From assembly GCF_006345805.1 (NCBI RefSeq), contig NC_042999.1:153202001-153266000 (forward strand): a stretch of DNA of 64,000 nucleotides. The letters are read 5' to 3'. Under the pieces are notes generated by a model. That model worked only from the letters and a program-made list of their open reading frames with translations, did not search any database and was not told the origin of the DNA. The position numbers and the translations under genes were made by a program. This DNA comes from Octopus sinensis (lineage: Eukaryota). Each line of letters starts with the position of its first letter. Positions within the stretch are counted from its first letter, which is position 1. Positions 12,602 to 25,345 of the stretch are shown here, piece by piece.

Positions 12602-12823
12602 CCCTTTCATTACCATATTTATTTTGAGATGCTCTGTGTTTCTTTGAATTACTTTAAATATAACAAAGAATTTAGTAAAATACCTTAGTTATCATTAGGC
12701 TAGTGTTGGGAACATAAATTGTGACAAAGGGTTTGGAGGAAGATTTTAATTCAAAACTTATGAAAATAAGACATTTGTACTACAGAGCCAGAGCCGGCTT
12801 CAGCCGGGTTAGTAATGAAACGG
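12602..12823. mobile_element. piggyBac-like MITE (TTAA|CCCTTT...|TTAA)
   Basis: TTAA at both ends, TIR CCCTTTCATTAC / GTAATGAAACGG; further copies at 19577-19700 (partial) and 23965-24182. Confidence 0.8.
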
Positions 12824-13121
12824 TTAATTGATTATGGTCAGTCAAATGACTAGCAAATCTGCAGTATTGAGCAGAATATTTGCTGTAGTCCATCTTTTAT
12901 ACCAAGACAAAACAATGTACATGATAACATTTCCAATCAGTTAAGATCAGAAGCCACGAGAACCACTGCCTGGTGTTGCATCAGAGCATTTATTATTATT
13001 TTTACTTTTTTTATTACTTTCTTTTTTTCTCTCTCCCTTGTAAGCCCCACCCTTGTAAGTAACAAATATGAAATATGAATTACTTTATCATCATTTGTAA
13101 ATCTTAAAAATATTTTTCCAG

Positions 13122-13311
13122 GATGTTTCTGGTGGTGATGAACGTGAAGTATCATGTTATGCAGAGAATGTACAAGAGATCCTGTCAGGAGAGCAGAAAA
13201 CACCATCTCCAACTGCGTCTCCTACTACATTAGCAGTGAACCAGAATGCAACGACTCTTGGTAAAGACAAGGGTTCCATCCTTGTCTCACCTCATCACCC
13301 TTACATTCCAG
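13122..13311 (+). CDS. TNRC18: Exon 9 (phase 0-1), DVSGGDERE...SPHHPYIP
   Basis: tatttttccag acceptor, CAG|GTAAAT donor, open frame; possible in-frame internal donor after 13260. Confidence 0.82.
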
Positions 13312-13713
13312 GTAAATAGGAAATCAAAAAAGAATGCTTTTTGTTTATGTTATTTTATGTGAATAACTGTGTGTGTGGATGAGAATCTTGCTTCCCAAAT
13401 GTGTGGCTTTTAGCTCAGTGTTACTGGATGGCACCGTGGCCAAGTGTCATCTACTACAGCATCAGGCCAGGTTATGATACATAGATGTGCTGATGAGATG
13501 TATGAAGAAGTCTGGCGTCTTCCCAGACACATGGGAGAAGATTCAGTGGTGTAATGAACGGCGCCGATTGCTGAATCTCAATTCAAGCCTTTGAGGAGAA
13601 ACAACAAAGAGAATATGAAAGAGTACACAAGTGATTTCATCTCAGATACAAACCACAATAACTCGACTGTCACAAGTGTATATACATCATGGTATATAGA
13701 AGGCTATTTTAAA

Positions 13714-14347
13714 CCCTTAACGTTTAAATTGGTCACATCTGACCCAAATATGCTTCATGTTTTATATTGAAACTGGCCAGATCCAGCCTCTCACATCTAC
13801 CCTATAATGTCATTCTAAAAATTTACAATCATATCATTGAAATCTCAGAGCAACAAGACAATGCATGATTAATTCAAAACAATCATCATCGTTTAACGTC
13901 CGTTTTTCGTGTGAGCATGGGTTGGATGGTTCGACCGGGGTCTGGGAAGCCAGGAGGCTGCACCAGGCTCCAGTCTGATCTGGCAGTGTTTCTACAGCTG
14001 GATGCCCTTCCTAACGCCAACCACTCTGCAAGTGTAGTGGGTGCCTTTTACGTGCCACCGGACAGGTGTGAGGGGAGTCTGGCATCGGCCACGATCGGTT
14101 GGAGCTTTTAACGTGCCACCGGCACGAAAGCCAGCCAAGGCGGCGCTGGCAACCACATATTAGAGGAGGCTCTTAGTAATAACAGTGTAGCAAAACGGAG
14201 GTGCATCAGCATGGCCGCAGCTCTGAGCTGAAACTAGAGAGAAAATAAAAATCAAAATTTGAAAGCTACAAGATAATGCATGATTAATTCAAAACATTAA
14301 TAATAAATAAGCATTACATTTGACAGAGTAATTGGAATGCTGAAGGG
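13714..14347. mobile_element. Second piggyBac-like MITE family, interrupted by a LINE tail
   Basis: CCCTTAACG...GAAGGG|TTAA; ACAAGAYAATGCATGATTAATTCAAAACA duplicated around the insert; relatives near 20155-20390, 47980-48100, 52985-53135. Confidence 0.6.
13884..14153 (-). mobile_element. RTE-like LINE 3' tail copy nested in a piggyBac-like MITE
   Basis: (CAT)n...CATGGGTTGGA...GGATGCCCTTCCTAACGCCAACCAC. Confidence 0.8.
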
Positions 14348-14463
14348 TTAAATTATTTTTGTAAAATTTATTTATGTACAATTGCCTCCACCCCCACCCT
14401 TTAATATTTATCTCTTGTTTAGTATGTCATTTAATTAAGTGTTCTCTTTTTTGTTTGTTCCAG

Positions 14464-17049
14464 ATTTGGCAGTTGCTGCTGGCCAACCCTACGCCTTTTC
14501 CTACTCCACTGCTCATTTGCCGTTTATTTACAACCCTGCTCTTCTGCCAGGGTCCCTGGCTCCGATGGCTCTTTCTGAAGCACAGCCGCTACCCCAAAAG
14601 CCGGAAGGTACCATGCAGTCTCGTGGCACTTCCCCGATGACTGTTGTTGCTTCGACTCCTTCCCCAGTGCCAGAAGATTCCACAGCGAGCCCACTGGACG
14701 GCCAGAACAATGAAGAGGAAGACGAGAGCACGTGTGGTGCTAGTACTGATGGCCACAAAGTGTTGGTCAGTGCTGAGGTTTCTGTACAGACCGGTGAAAG
14801 TGAAGAGGAGAGTGTACCGAGTGAAGACAGCTTGATACACGAACCACAACAACAACAGCAGCAGCAGCAACAGACAACAAAGACTGAAGAGATAGAAGAT
14901 GAAAGACATGAAGTCGTAGAAGAGGAAGAAGATGAAGAGGAGGAAGTGGAGGAAGAAGAAGAAGATGAAGTGGAAGGTGAAGAGGATGATGAGGAGGAGG
15001 TTGAAAGCATAGTGATACGGGAAGGTTCGACTCAGCTGGAAAGCAACTCTGGGAACCAGAACCAGCAGAGTGGGACCAGCAGCACGAAGGAGGAAATAAT
15101 CGACGGAGAAGAGGAAATCGAAGAAGAGGAAGTAGATGATGAGGATGAGGAAGAGGAAGATGAGGACGACGATGATGATGAGGAAGATGAGGTGGAAGAG
15201 GAAGCTGAAGAGGGTGAAGAAGAGGAAATCGGAGAAGGCAAGGCTGAAGAATTGCAAGAAGAAGAGAGGAGAGACGAGAGACAGAAGAAGATAGTTTTGT
15301 CTGATTACCAGAAGCAGCACCACCACCATCATCATCATCATCATCGTCATCATCATCGTCATCGTCATAATCAAAGCAGCAAACATTCAGAGCAGACTGG
15401 TCTTAGTAGTAATAGTAGTAGTAGTAGTAGTGGTAGTAACATGTGTAGTAGTATTTCTCATTGTACCAGAAACAACAGCAACAACAACAGTTGCTTGGTT
15501 GAAGAACAGAGAGTTAAAGAGACCTTACAAGTGGAAGATGAAGAAGTTGGCGAGGGAGAAGAGGAAGAGGAGGAAGAAGAAGAAATTGAAGATGAAGATG
15601 GTATTGAAGAGGGTGAGGAAGAAGAGGATGGTGAAGAAGATGACGAAGAGGAATTAGAAGATGACGAAGATGGTGAATACAGTTTAGGTGATGAGGTACT
15701 GGTGAAGAATTTGCGGAAAGATAGCAATAAAAGACAACTTCAAGAAAGACAACAACTACAACAGCAGCAACATCATCACCATCATCAACAACTGCAACAA
15801 CAACAACAGCAACAGTTACTGCAACAACAACAACAACAACAGCAACGACAGTGCTTGATTGAAGATGATGATGAAGACGACGAAGAAGAGAACGAGGTTG
15901 ATGATGATGATGATGACGACGATGATGACGATGATGATGACGACGATGATGACGATGATGATGATGATGATGATGATGACGACGAATACGACGAGGAAGA
16001 ACTCTTAGACAAAGACAACCAATCTTTGGAAGATTCTTGCCATGTTGCCACCTCCATGTTACATTTAGCTGACGAAACCGATTCTACTTCTGACGAGAAA
16101 GTAGCAGACATAGAGAACGATATCGATATCAAGGAACTTGCTTTGGCTGTGATGAGTATGAAGAGTGAAACGGTAAAGAGTGAAAAACTTCTCTGTGACA
16201 CTCCCATGTCTTTGAGTAACATGACATGTCCAAGTTTCAGCAGCCTTGCCCACAGTAGCCAGACGATGGGCCATCAATATGGCTCTCATACTCTGAATAG
16301 TCACACAATAAACCATCCATATGGTAGTTCTCATTCAAAGAATAACAGCAATAATTATAACGGTCTTGGTGCCAATAATGGCAACCTTGCTTCCAGTTCA
16401 GAAAATGTTTTCAGCAGAACATATCCAGATCCTAGAAACGGCTTGGAATTGCTTAGCACCGTGGCTGAACAGCTTGGTGACGTGCATCCAGCGGTGACAT
16501 CTTCAGGATCTTCAGCTAATACAGCCACCAGCTTAAAGACAGCATCGAGTCCTGGCAGTGCTGGAAGTGCAAGCTGTGCCAGCAACAACAGCTCTAGTAA
16601 CACAGCTAGCAGCAGTAACAGTAGTAGTAGTGGTGGTGGTAACAGCAATGGTAGTAGCAGCAGCAGCAGCAGTAGTAGCGGTAGTATGATAAATAGCACT
16701 TGTAACAGTAACAACAGCGTTGGCCATAACAACTTCAGTCATACTTATTGTCATAGTAACCATAGCAACCATAATGTCAATGTTAGTCAAGGTGACTGCT
16801 CTATCTTGGGCAAAGCAGGCGAATCGGCAGCGAGCAAGGCGTACAATGCCCTTGCCAAGACGTTCGACGCTTCGGCCCTGTTGAAGAGCAGTGAGATGAC
16901 CACTCGGAGCGGTTGTGACATTACCAACAGAGGTAACGACACAATACCAAAGATTGTACGCAGCAAGGACTTCAACTCCAGGCACAAGTACTTCAGCAAA
17001 GAATTGGTCAACCCACACATGAACATTGGTGGATTAAATATACCTCAAG
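14464..17049 (+). CDS. TNRC18: Exon 10 (2,586 nt, phase 1-1), long D/E acidic tracts, NGLELLSTVAEQ motif
   Basis: ttgttccag acceptor, AAG|GTAAAT donor, ORF 14439-17111. Confidence 0.9.
15900..15983 (+). repeat. Coding (GAT/GAC)28 poly-aspartate tract
   Basis: 84 nt in frame in exon 10. Confidence 0.95.
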
Positions 17050-17336
17050 GTAAATATATGCATTTCTCTAAGTTCTTTCTGTTTCTTTCAAGTCAGTTAG
17101 TTACAGTTTGAAAGTTTGTAAATATACAGGCATGGCTTTGAGGTTGAGAAGCCTTCTGTGCAATCCTGTAGTCCCTCTGCACAGCGCCTTGGGTAAATAC
17201 CTTCTAAGGCCTTGAGCCGCTTAATGCCTTATTAGTAATTTTTGGAGATGGAAAGTATGTGGAAGCCTGTTGTATATACATGTATGTATAAAGATACACA
17301 CACATTTATATAAACATATTTATGTATATGTATGTT

Positions 17337-17367
<31 letters not shown>

Positions 17368-17392
17368 GTATATGTATATATAATCAAAAACT

Positions 17393-17633
17393 AAATGCGC
17401 CCTTTTTAAAGCCTAGCCAGGCTCATGGGCCCAGTTTCAATGACATATGTATTCCCCAGCTGGACGGGACACCAGTCCATCGCAGCGTTACCCATTTTTG
17501 CTAGCTGAGTGGACTGGGGCAATGTAAAATGAAGTGTTTTGCTCAAGAACACAACGCGTCGCCCGGTCCAGGAATCAAACCACAATCTTACGATCATGAT
17601 GCTGACACCCTAACCGCTAACCCACAAGCCTCC
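17393..17633 (-). mobile_element. Second tRNA-derived SINE family
   Basis: Minus strand GGAGGCTTGTGGGTTAGCGGTTAGG...GGTTTGATTCCTGG...GTGTTCTTGAGCAAAACACTTCATTT; partial copies near 23537, 49480-49590 and 62160. Confidence 0.75.
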
Positions 17634-17648
17634 ACATGTGTGTGTATG

Positions 17649-17707
<59 letters not shown>

Positions 17708-18639
17708 CATACATACATACACACAAAGGGTTGGCCAAAAGTCACCTGATGGTAAATCAAAGTTCCATAAATACTTAATAATTCAATTTTATTTATTTAT
17801 TCCAATTGTGAATGTTTAATAATTGACTGTTATGAGTTAAAATCATCATTTTCTTGTTTACCTCAACATGAGTTTATTTATTAGCGAAGTCTCATGAAAT
17901 AATTTTTTGTTTTAATCTTGGAATTAAATTTTTTTGATTGGCTGTCTGCTGACTTTTGGCCAACTCTTTGTGTATGTGTCTGTATAAGAGAGAGGTGGAA
18001 ATAGCACAGAAGTAAATCTAAGACATTTCAATTTAAGAAGGAATTTAATGAAATAAAATGATTTTAAAATTATATGAAGAAAATATTACCAGTTTTGATG
18101 ATGAATCTCATCAAATATCAGTCTTAGATTTACTTCTGTGCTATTTCCACCTCCGTCTTTTATATAAAAAAATTTTATTTGTATTGCTCTCTAATCTTTT
18201 TCCAACTTGTATATCTATGTATATATGTGTGTGTGTGTGTGTGTGTATAAATATGTATGTATGTGTATATGTGTGTCGTTGTGTTGCTTGGTCCCCATCT
18301 CTACATGATAAATTGGTGTTGGTTTATGTAACTTAAAAGTAAAGCAAAATTGTTTTTGATAGACAAAAATCCAACACCAGCTAGCAGAATGATTATGTAC
18401 ACCTTTGTTCTAATGTCTAAGTACTCAATATAAGTGTAGCCAATATTGTGTTTCTCCAGGTAGTGTTTGAGTCCATAAGCTTTAATGCAATAAAATACCA
18501 TATATATATCCTAACAGCTGATAATATTAGTCTCTTTGGATTTGATAATTTGTTTGAGAATGAAGTATTTAAGAATTGATAGTGTAAAATTATAATAACC
18601 ATATATAGGTCAGCATTCAACTCTGTAGAGGCATCTTAA

Positions 18640-18795
<156 letters not shown>

Positions 18796-19101
18796 TAAGT
18801 AATTTCTTTCACATTTAAGCATTTTGTCACTTTAGCATTCATCATCTTTATTTTCGTGCAAGATTTTTCCAAGCTGTTGTATGCTTAATTGGTTTTCAGT
18901 ATAGATTTAAATTACTTCTGAAAGTCACTGTGTTATTTTACAATCCCTAAGATAAATTCCAAATATTAGCACAAAACCAAGATTTTAAGAGTATGTGGTA
19001 GGAATAATACAACTGCTTACCTTGAGCTGTTGTGTTGGACTGGAACTTGGAAAGATGTAAGACAAAGTTCATCTTCACAGAAATTAAACACAGTGGAAAG
19101 T

Positions 19102-19320
19102 CGGTGAGCTGGCAGAAACGTTAGCGTGCCGGGCAAAATACCTAGTGGTATTTTGTCTGCCGTTACGTTCTGAGTTCAAATTCCGCCAAGGTCGACTTTG
19201 CCTTTCATCCTTTTAGGGTCGATTAAATAAGTACCAGTTACACACTGGGGTCGATGTAATCGACTTAATCCATTTGTCTGTCCTTGTTTAGCCCCTTGTG
19301 GGTAGTAAAGAAATAGGTAT
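19102..19320 (+). mobile_element. tRNA-derived SINE of the same family
   Basis: Same head, body and AAAGAAATAGGTATT end. Older copies near 602-800(+), 870-1032(-), 26296-26700, 30210-30845, 31588-31800, 44630-45420 (three), 53165-53345. Confidence 0.85.
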
Positions 19321-19957
19321 TATTTCATTCATACCCAAGCTTCCCTACAAACACCATTTGTAACAAACCTAGTACAAAAACAAAATATGTATGAATGTTT
19401 TATTGGGCCTTTTGACAACACAGTCCCTTGAGATATATTATGGCTTTGTATTAGGAAAATCCTTGTCAACCCTTGCCATATATCAAAAGCGATTTAGATC
19501 TCTGACTGTGACACGCATACAGAACATACTGTTTGTTACATTTCCATCTAGTTTGGAATCCGATTAGACATTTTAACCCTTTCGTTACCAACCTGGCTGA
19601 AACCGGCTCTGGTTCTGTAATACAAATGTCTTGTTTTCATAAGTTTTGAATTAAAATCTTCATCTAAAGCATAGTCACAATTTATGTTGCTAACACTAGC
19701 TCTGACTGTGATGCACATACAGAACACTCGGTTTGTCACATTCCCACCTAGTTTGGAATCCCGTTAGATATGTTAAGGAGTGAAGATTGTTATATTCTTC
19801 CTAACGCCAACCACTTTACAGAGTGTACTGGGTGCTTCTTATGTGGTGCTAGCATAAATTTTAGAATATAAATTTCATCTAAAAAAAAAAATGTGGTTAA
19901 TAATCTGTAAAAATATAATCGGGTCAGATATTTAGACATTTAATTTTTGTTTTATAG

Positions 19958-20032
19958 AGAGGATGTTCAAAGCAAAAGAGGTCCTGGAAGACCAAGGAAA
20001 CGCAAGTTACCTCGTGAAGGACCATCTTTGAG
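19958..20032 (+). CDS. TNRC18: Exon 12 (phase 2-2), AT-hook-like KRGPGRPRKRK
   Basis: tgttttatag acceptor, GAG|GTAATT donor. Confidence 0.9.
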
Positions 20033-20498
20033 GTAATTCATTATATTTCATTTTTTACTCGTTATTTTATATTTTCTTTTGTTTCTTTTTATGTCCAGTT
20101 TTCTCATGGTTTAAATTAATATGTGACTGAGGCATTGTTTATCTGCTGTCATTAACCCTTTCTTAAAATTACTTGTGTTACGTCTTTGAAGTGCTAAATC
20201 AGAAGACAATTTATTGGCTGGGAAAATGACTCATTTTATGCTGAAACTGGGCATATCTAACTTCTCACACCTACCCTACAATGTCATTCTGAAAAATAAA
20301 CGCATCAAAATGCACCACTGATTCAAAACCAAGTAAATATATATGCATTACATTTGACAGAGCAATCTGAATGCTAAAGTGATAACCCAGCCAATGATTC
20401 AGAAGTGATTTTGTTTCTTTTAAGTGATAACTTCATAGATTTTGATTTGGAGATGACATTATTGAACCTAAATGAAATTTAAAAATTTTTCTTTTCAG

Positions 20499-20610
20499 TA
20501 TCAAGCATGGTGGTGGTACATCACCAAAACCTGCAGGTAAAGATCCCTCTTCGAAGCGAAAGAAACTTGCAGAAAAACTTGTTGATAAAGTTTTCAGACA
20601 ATCTTCACAG
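20499..20610 (+). CDS. TNRC18: Exon 13 (phase 2-0), IKHGGGTSPKP...FRQSSQ
   Basis: ttcttttcag acceptor, CAG|GTAAGT donor, open frame. Confidence 0.85.
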
Positions 20611-20749
20611 GTAAGTACAGCTTAAAAATCTTGCTCTTCATATTCCATTCAATGGTATCCTTTGATTGATCTGATGAAACTTAGCAGTCCATCAGAAGTT
20701 GAATGACTCGCATTCCATTCTGTATGTGAGGCCATAAATCTGATACAAT

Positions 20750-20916
20750 TACTGTAAATCCTCGTGTATAGTCCGCCCTTAAGTATAATTCGCAGGGGGA
20801 TTTTAGAAGGCTGTACCTCTGAAAAACCTAAACCTTGTACATAAAACGCACCCCTTCTCTAACTTGAGTCAAGGAGGTCTATATAACGTCCTTCGTTTGT
20901 AAAAATGTATACGGTA
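20750..20916. mobile_element. Small TA-flanked DNA element (TACYGTA...TACGGTA ends); partial second copy at 8495-8597
   Basis: Shared GTATAGTCCGCCCTT...GGCTGTACCTCTGAAAAACCTAAACCTTGT. Confidence 0.6.
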
Positions 20917-21092
20917 AGGCCCTTTATTGTTATTGTATATATAACATTATGCAAACGTGTAGCTTTTTTGTGCATTTTGTTTACAGAAAATAATGAAATA
21001 ACTAATAACATCAGTGAAAAATAAATATTAAGTAAATTGCCTTTACATATTTATCACTATCAGTTACAAAAGCAAAAGCAAAAATATTTATT

Positions 21093-21130
<38 letters not shown>

Positions 21131-21172
21131 CTTAATGTGATTTCTTTCAACATTCTATTGTTTGTTAATCAG

Positions 21173-21284
21173 ATGCCATCATCCAAGAGGAATCGTAACA
21201 ATAAAGCTTTGATTGCTCCTGGAAAAATGTCTACGGTTCTTGTGAAGAAAAACATGGCGCCATCTACCAGTAGGTCAGGTGCAG
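21173..21284 (+). CDS. TNRC18: Exon 14 (phase 0-1), MPSSKRNRNNK...SRSGA
   Basis: tgttaatcag acceptor, CAG|GTAAAT donor. Confidence 0.83.
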
Positions 21285-21650
21285 GTAAATATTTGTAGTA
21301 GTTCTATCCATTTATAAATGCACAAACACCTGATATATGTTAAGCTGTAAAAACATTTTAAAGGAAAGAAATTGAAACGAAAGGGAAACCATAATGTTGG
21401 GTTGGCAGTAAAGGTTTTGATTATATTTCGCAAGAAGTATGAAGCATGCCTTAAAAATTTTTTACAGACTAAAAAGGCAATAAGGAAGCCACAGATATGG
21501 ATGTGTGGTTAAAAAAGTGCAGTCTCTTGCAGTAGAGAGAATGCATGTCCATACACACATACACAGGCATACACACACACACATGCTCTATTACATTTCT
21601 GATTACAAATCTAACAATCGTAGCTTCTTTAATTTATTTTCCTCACGTAG

Positions 21651-21758
21651 ATATAATTCAACCAGCAACTGGAAATATTGGTGGTCGTGGTATACAGCCT
21701 TTAAAACCAGCTCGGAAACTGGGACAGATGCCTTCAACAGAATCTCCAATTTCTAGAG
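21651..21758 (+). CDS. TNRC18: Exon 15 (phase 1-1), IIQPATGNIGG...SPISR
   Basis: cctcacgtag acceptor, GAG|GTAAGA donor. Confidence 0.83.
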
Positions 21759-22203
21759 GTAAGATCTAACTCTAATATATGCATTCATCATTATTTGTTG
21801 TTTCCTTTTCCATGCAGTCATGGGTTGAATGAACTCACTTGAATGCAATGGATAATTGTCACGGAAGCAATGATAACATCAATATTTTTCAACATTTAAA
21901 CTGAATTACTAGGTTAAAAAAAATTCTTGGTGTGATCACGTTTGTTGAAACAGATTTGGCTGCATCTTGGGTGGGTTATTATGCCAATAGCAAACACACT
22001 CACTGGTTCCATTTCACTTCTTTTATTATTAGTCATTTGGTTAACTATTTACCCAATTAACTACTCATTTGGTCAGTCAATCAATGAGCTAGGTTTATCA
22101 TAGTCATTTCATTGCCATTCTAAAAATCTTTTCTTTATCTCCACATTTCTGCTTTTCTTCATCTCCACATTATCATCTTTATCATTTTGTTCTTCTATTC
22201 TAG

Positions 22204-22305
22204 TGGATGCTTGGTCTTTCAACGATGACTCACAAAGTCTTACATCCCTCAGGAAAAAAGCCCCTAAATTGCCAGCTAAAAACCAGAAAGGATTCATTTG
22301 TGCAG
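22204..22305 (+). CDS. TNRC18: Exon 16 (phase 1-1), DAWSFNDDSQ...KGFICA
   Basis: Long polypyrimidine tract plus ttctag acceptor, CAG|GTATAT donor. Confidence 0.83.
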
Positions 22306-23270
22306 GTATATATATCTTCGTTAGTTTTTATCTGACATGAAACCACTTCATATGTAGTCTTTGTTGAACTGAAAGGCACTTCAAGATTTTTGCCTCCTCT
22401 AATAAAATATAAGTGAATATGATTGAGATTGTTACATGGCTGCTCAACCTGCCAGAAATAATAGCCACATCACACTCTGCAAAGAAGGCAGGACACATTT
22501 CGTAATGTAATTATAGATACATATTCATGTCTAAATTAAAGATAGTGTGTTCTTGGTTGGAATCAACATTGCTGTTTTCTTTGCAGGCATGACTTGGATG
22601 GTTTAATAGGAGCTGGCCAACATGCAAAAGGACTGTGCCAAGTTCCAGTGTCTGCTTTGGCATGGTTTCTATGGCTGGATACCCTTCCTGATGCCAATCA
22701 CTTTACAGAGGGTACTGGGTGCGTTTTATATGTCACTGGTACTAGTGAGGTCACCCAAGTACCTCACAAAACAAGGACCCTCAACTGAGGTGGGCCTGTA
22801 GTATTGAGGCAGGGGACTTTTTGTACCAGATGTTAAAGAATGATGGGACAGAAACTGGTGTCTTCCAGTAGAGAGATACATGGCTATCCCAGTTGAAAGA
22901 GGGAGATGATGGTGCTGACCCATGGCTTAGCAATCACCAAGTGCATAATCCTTTTACTGTTCTCTATAGTCCGTAATCCAGAGCTCTATTTTTATACTAA
23001 TTGAAACTTTGTGGTGAATATTATAGAGTGGACATAAGCTGGTGGTGAATTTATTTGAAGGCCTAGTTTCCCTTCCTGGTTGGGCTAATTTCACTTCATT
23101 TACACCTCAAGTGACCTTAGGAGAAGCATGTGTGTCACCACTTGTGTTTCTCTATTCCTTCCACAGATGGTTATTTTGATTCTTTTCCTATTTTATTCTT
23201 TTACTTGTTTCACTTTGTCTATGGAGACAAATGAACTAATTTTTTTCTGTATGTTCTGGTTTAATTGCAG

Positions 23271-23462
23271 ACAAAGTTCGACCGATGGGTACTGGTCTTA
23301 TGGCTGCTTACTCCTCTTTAACCACTGAAGATAATAATAATGATAATAATGCTAATAATAACTCAGACTTGAATCGAGCCAAAAAGAAGAAGCGTAAATC
23401 TGAAGAAGGAATTTCAATTAAGACATCGCCAAATTCTGTTTTAGGCAGCTACGATACAAAGG
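23271..23462 (+). CDS. TNRC18: Exon 17 (phase 1-1), KVRPMGTGLMAAY...RAKKKKRKSEE...YDTK
   Basis: ttaattgcag acceptor, AGG|GTGAGT donor. Confidence 0.85.
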
Positions 23463-23760
23463 GTGAGTTGTATAATGACTGCTTTCTATATGCATTGTAT
23501 TCACATAAATGTCATGTATGTGTGTGTGTAAATGTGAAGGCATGTGGCTTCGTGGATAAGGCATTCAGCTCGCAATTATAAGATCAGGAGTTCAATCTTA
23601 CATAATAATTGTATTGTACTGAGGCAGTAACAGTGATGTGGAGTTTGATACCAACTAAAAAAAAAAAAGGATGGCAGGTCTCATGTCCTGACATAAGATG
23701 GTGGTGTGTGATTTTATAGAGATGTACTTGTTACTTCTAGCAGATTGTATGTCCACATAG

Positions 23761-23862
23761 TGGTACCTTCATCAGCTCATAATAATGTTGGTGTTTGCAG
23801 TGGTAATGCTGTTGGGGAAGATAAATGCTGCCATGATGTTGATGATGACAACTGTTCCAATG
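23761..23862 (+). CDS. Possible cassette exon (phase 1-1), VVPSSAHNNVG...DDDNCSN; alternative end 23940
   Basis: In-frame AG at 23759-60 and GT at 23863 or 23941, stop-free; splice sites are weak and the exon is not needed for frame. Confidence 0.3.
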
Positions 23863-24840
23863 GTTTAACCCTTTCATTACCAAATTTCTGTTGGAATTCA
23901 CACTGCTCTTTTTTTTTTTTTTATAATAATGAAGAATTTGGTAAAATACCATTGTCATTATAAACCCTTTTGATACCAGCCCGGCTGAAATCGCCTCTGG
24001 CTCTGTAGTACAAATGTCTTTTCATAAGTTCTGAATTAAAATCTTCCACCGAGCATTAGTCACAATTTATGTTCCTAACACTAACTTAATGATAACTAAA
24101 TTATTTTACTAACATATTTGTTATATTTAAAGTAATTGAAAGAAATACGGAGCATCTCAACTGAAATAAGGTAACGAAAGGGTTAAGCTGGTGTTTGGAG
24201 TATGAATTAACATGAAATTTTTATGGAAGGTTTTACATCATTTTAACCCTTCTTACTATATTTCCTAAAACATACTGGTTTATTTCCACTTATTTTCACT
24301 GAGTAAATACTAAATTTTTCATTATTTTCAAAATGGTCTCATTATAAGCTGGTGTTTGGATCTTAAATTAACATTAAATTTTGATGAAAGCTTTTAATTT
24401 CAATTACTTAAAAATCTTTTGTGTTGGAATACACTACATTTGTTTCGATTAATTTCAAAAATAATGAAAAATTTGATAAAATAATATTATCATTATTAAG
24501 CTGGTGTTTAGAACCTTAATGACTGAAATTTTCATGGAAGGCTTTAATTTGGATCAGTTTGGCATTAATCCATGCCAACATCGAACATGGACGTTAAATA
24601 ATGATGGTTTCTATTAGAATACACTGCTTTATTTCGATTACTTTTCAAAATAATAAAGAATTCAGTATATAAAAATTTGTCATTATCAATCTGGTGTCTG
24701 GAACATGAAAATTTGATAAAAGGTTTTAATTTAAATCAATTTAATAGAGCAAGTTTGTATCTCAGGTGTGTTGGTATTAAAAGGGTTAATTCAATTCTAA
24801 TATTTTTTTTTTATTTCTGTTGCGTTTGTTTTTAATTCAG

Positions 24841-24942
24841 ACTCTGATGGTGAAAGCTGTGATACTTCTGGACAAGGAAATAAGAAACGAAAGCCTGGAA
24901 GACCGAAACGATGCCATCAAAATAAAACATTTGGAGTCACGG
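24841..24942 (+). CDS. TNRC18: Exon 18 (phase 1-1), SDGESCDTSGQGNKKRKPGRPKR
   Basis: ttttaattcag acceptor, CGG|GTAAGT donor; second AT-hook-like GRP motif. Confidence 0.9.
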
Positions 24943-25076
24943 GTAAGTCTGGCAGAAGATGAGAGCCAAAAGCTCAGTTTCCGTTTGTAAAAACTAGTTA
25001 GATGTATATATTCGCTCATTTGTTTGTTTTTTCATGCCAGCATGGGTTCGATGAATATATCATTAAGGCTTAATTC

Positions 25077-25345
25077 AAACAGGTAGAATATTTTGGGGTT
25101 CAAACTGGTAGAATGTTTTTGGGTTCAAATTCTGCCAAGGTTGACATTACCTTTTATCCTTTCAGGGTTGAATATATCATTAAGACTTAATTCAAACTGG
25201 TAGAATATTTTTGGGTCCAAACTAGTAGAATATTTTTGGGTCCAAACTGGTAGAATATTTTTGGGTCCAAACTGGTAGAATATTTTTGAGTCCAAACTGG
25301 TAGAATATTTTTGGGTTGAAGCAGGTAGAATATTTTTGGGTTCAA
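25077..25345 (+). repeat. 25-bp minisatellite AAACTGGTAGAATATTTTTGGGTYC (2 + 6 units) fused to SINE B boxes
   Basis: Direct inspection. Confidence 0.9.

Noticed and set aside
14528-16732. Long minus-strand ORFs opposite the large exons (also 4635-6562 and 57745-59190)
   Set aside because: Shadows of trinucleotide-repeat coding sequence; no splice structure or domain content.
23741-23760. TAGCAG acceptor at 23743
   Set aside because: In phase 1 it meets TAG after five codons.
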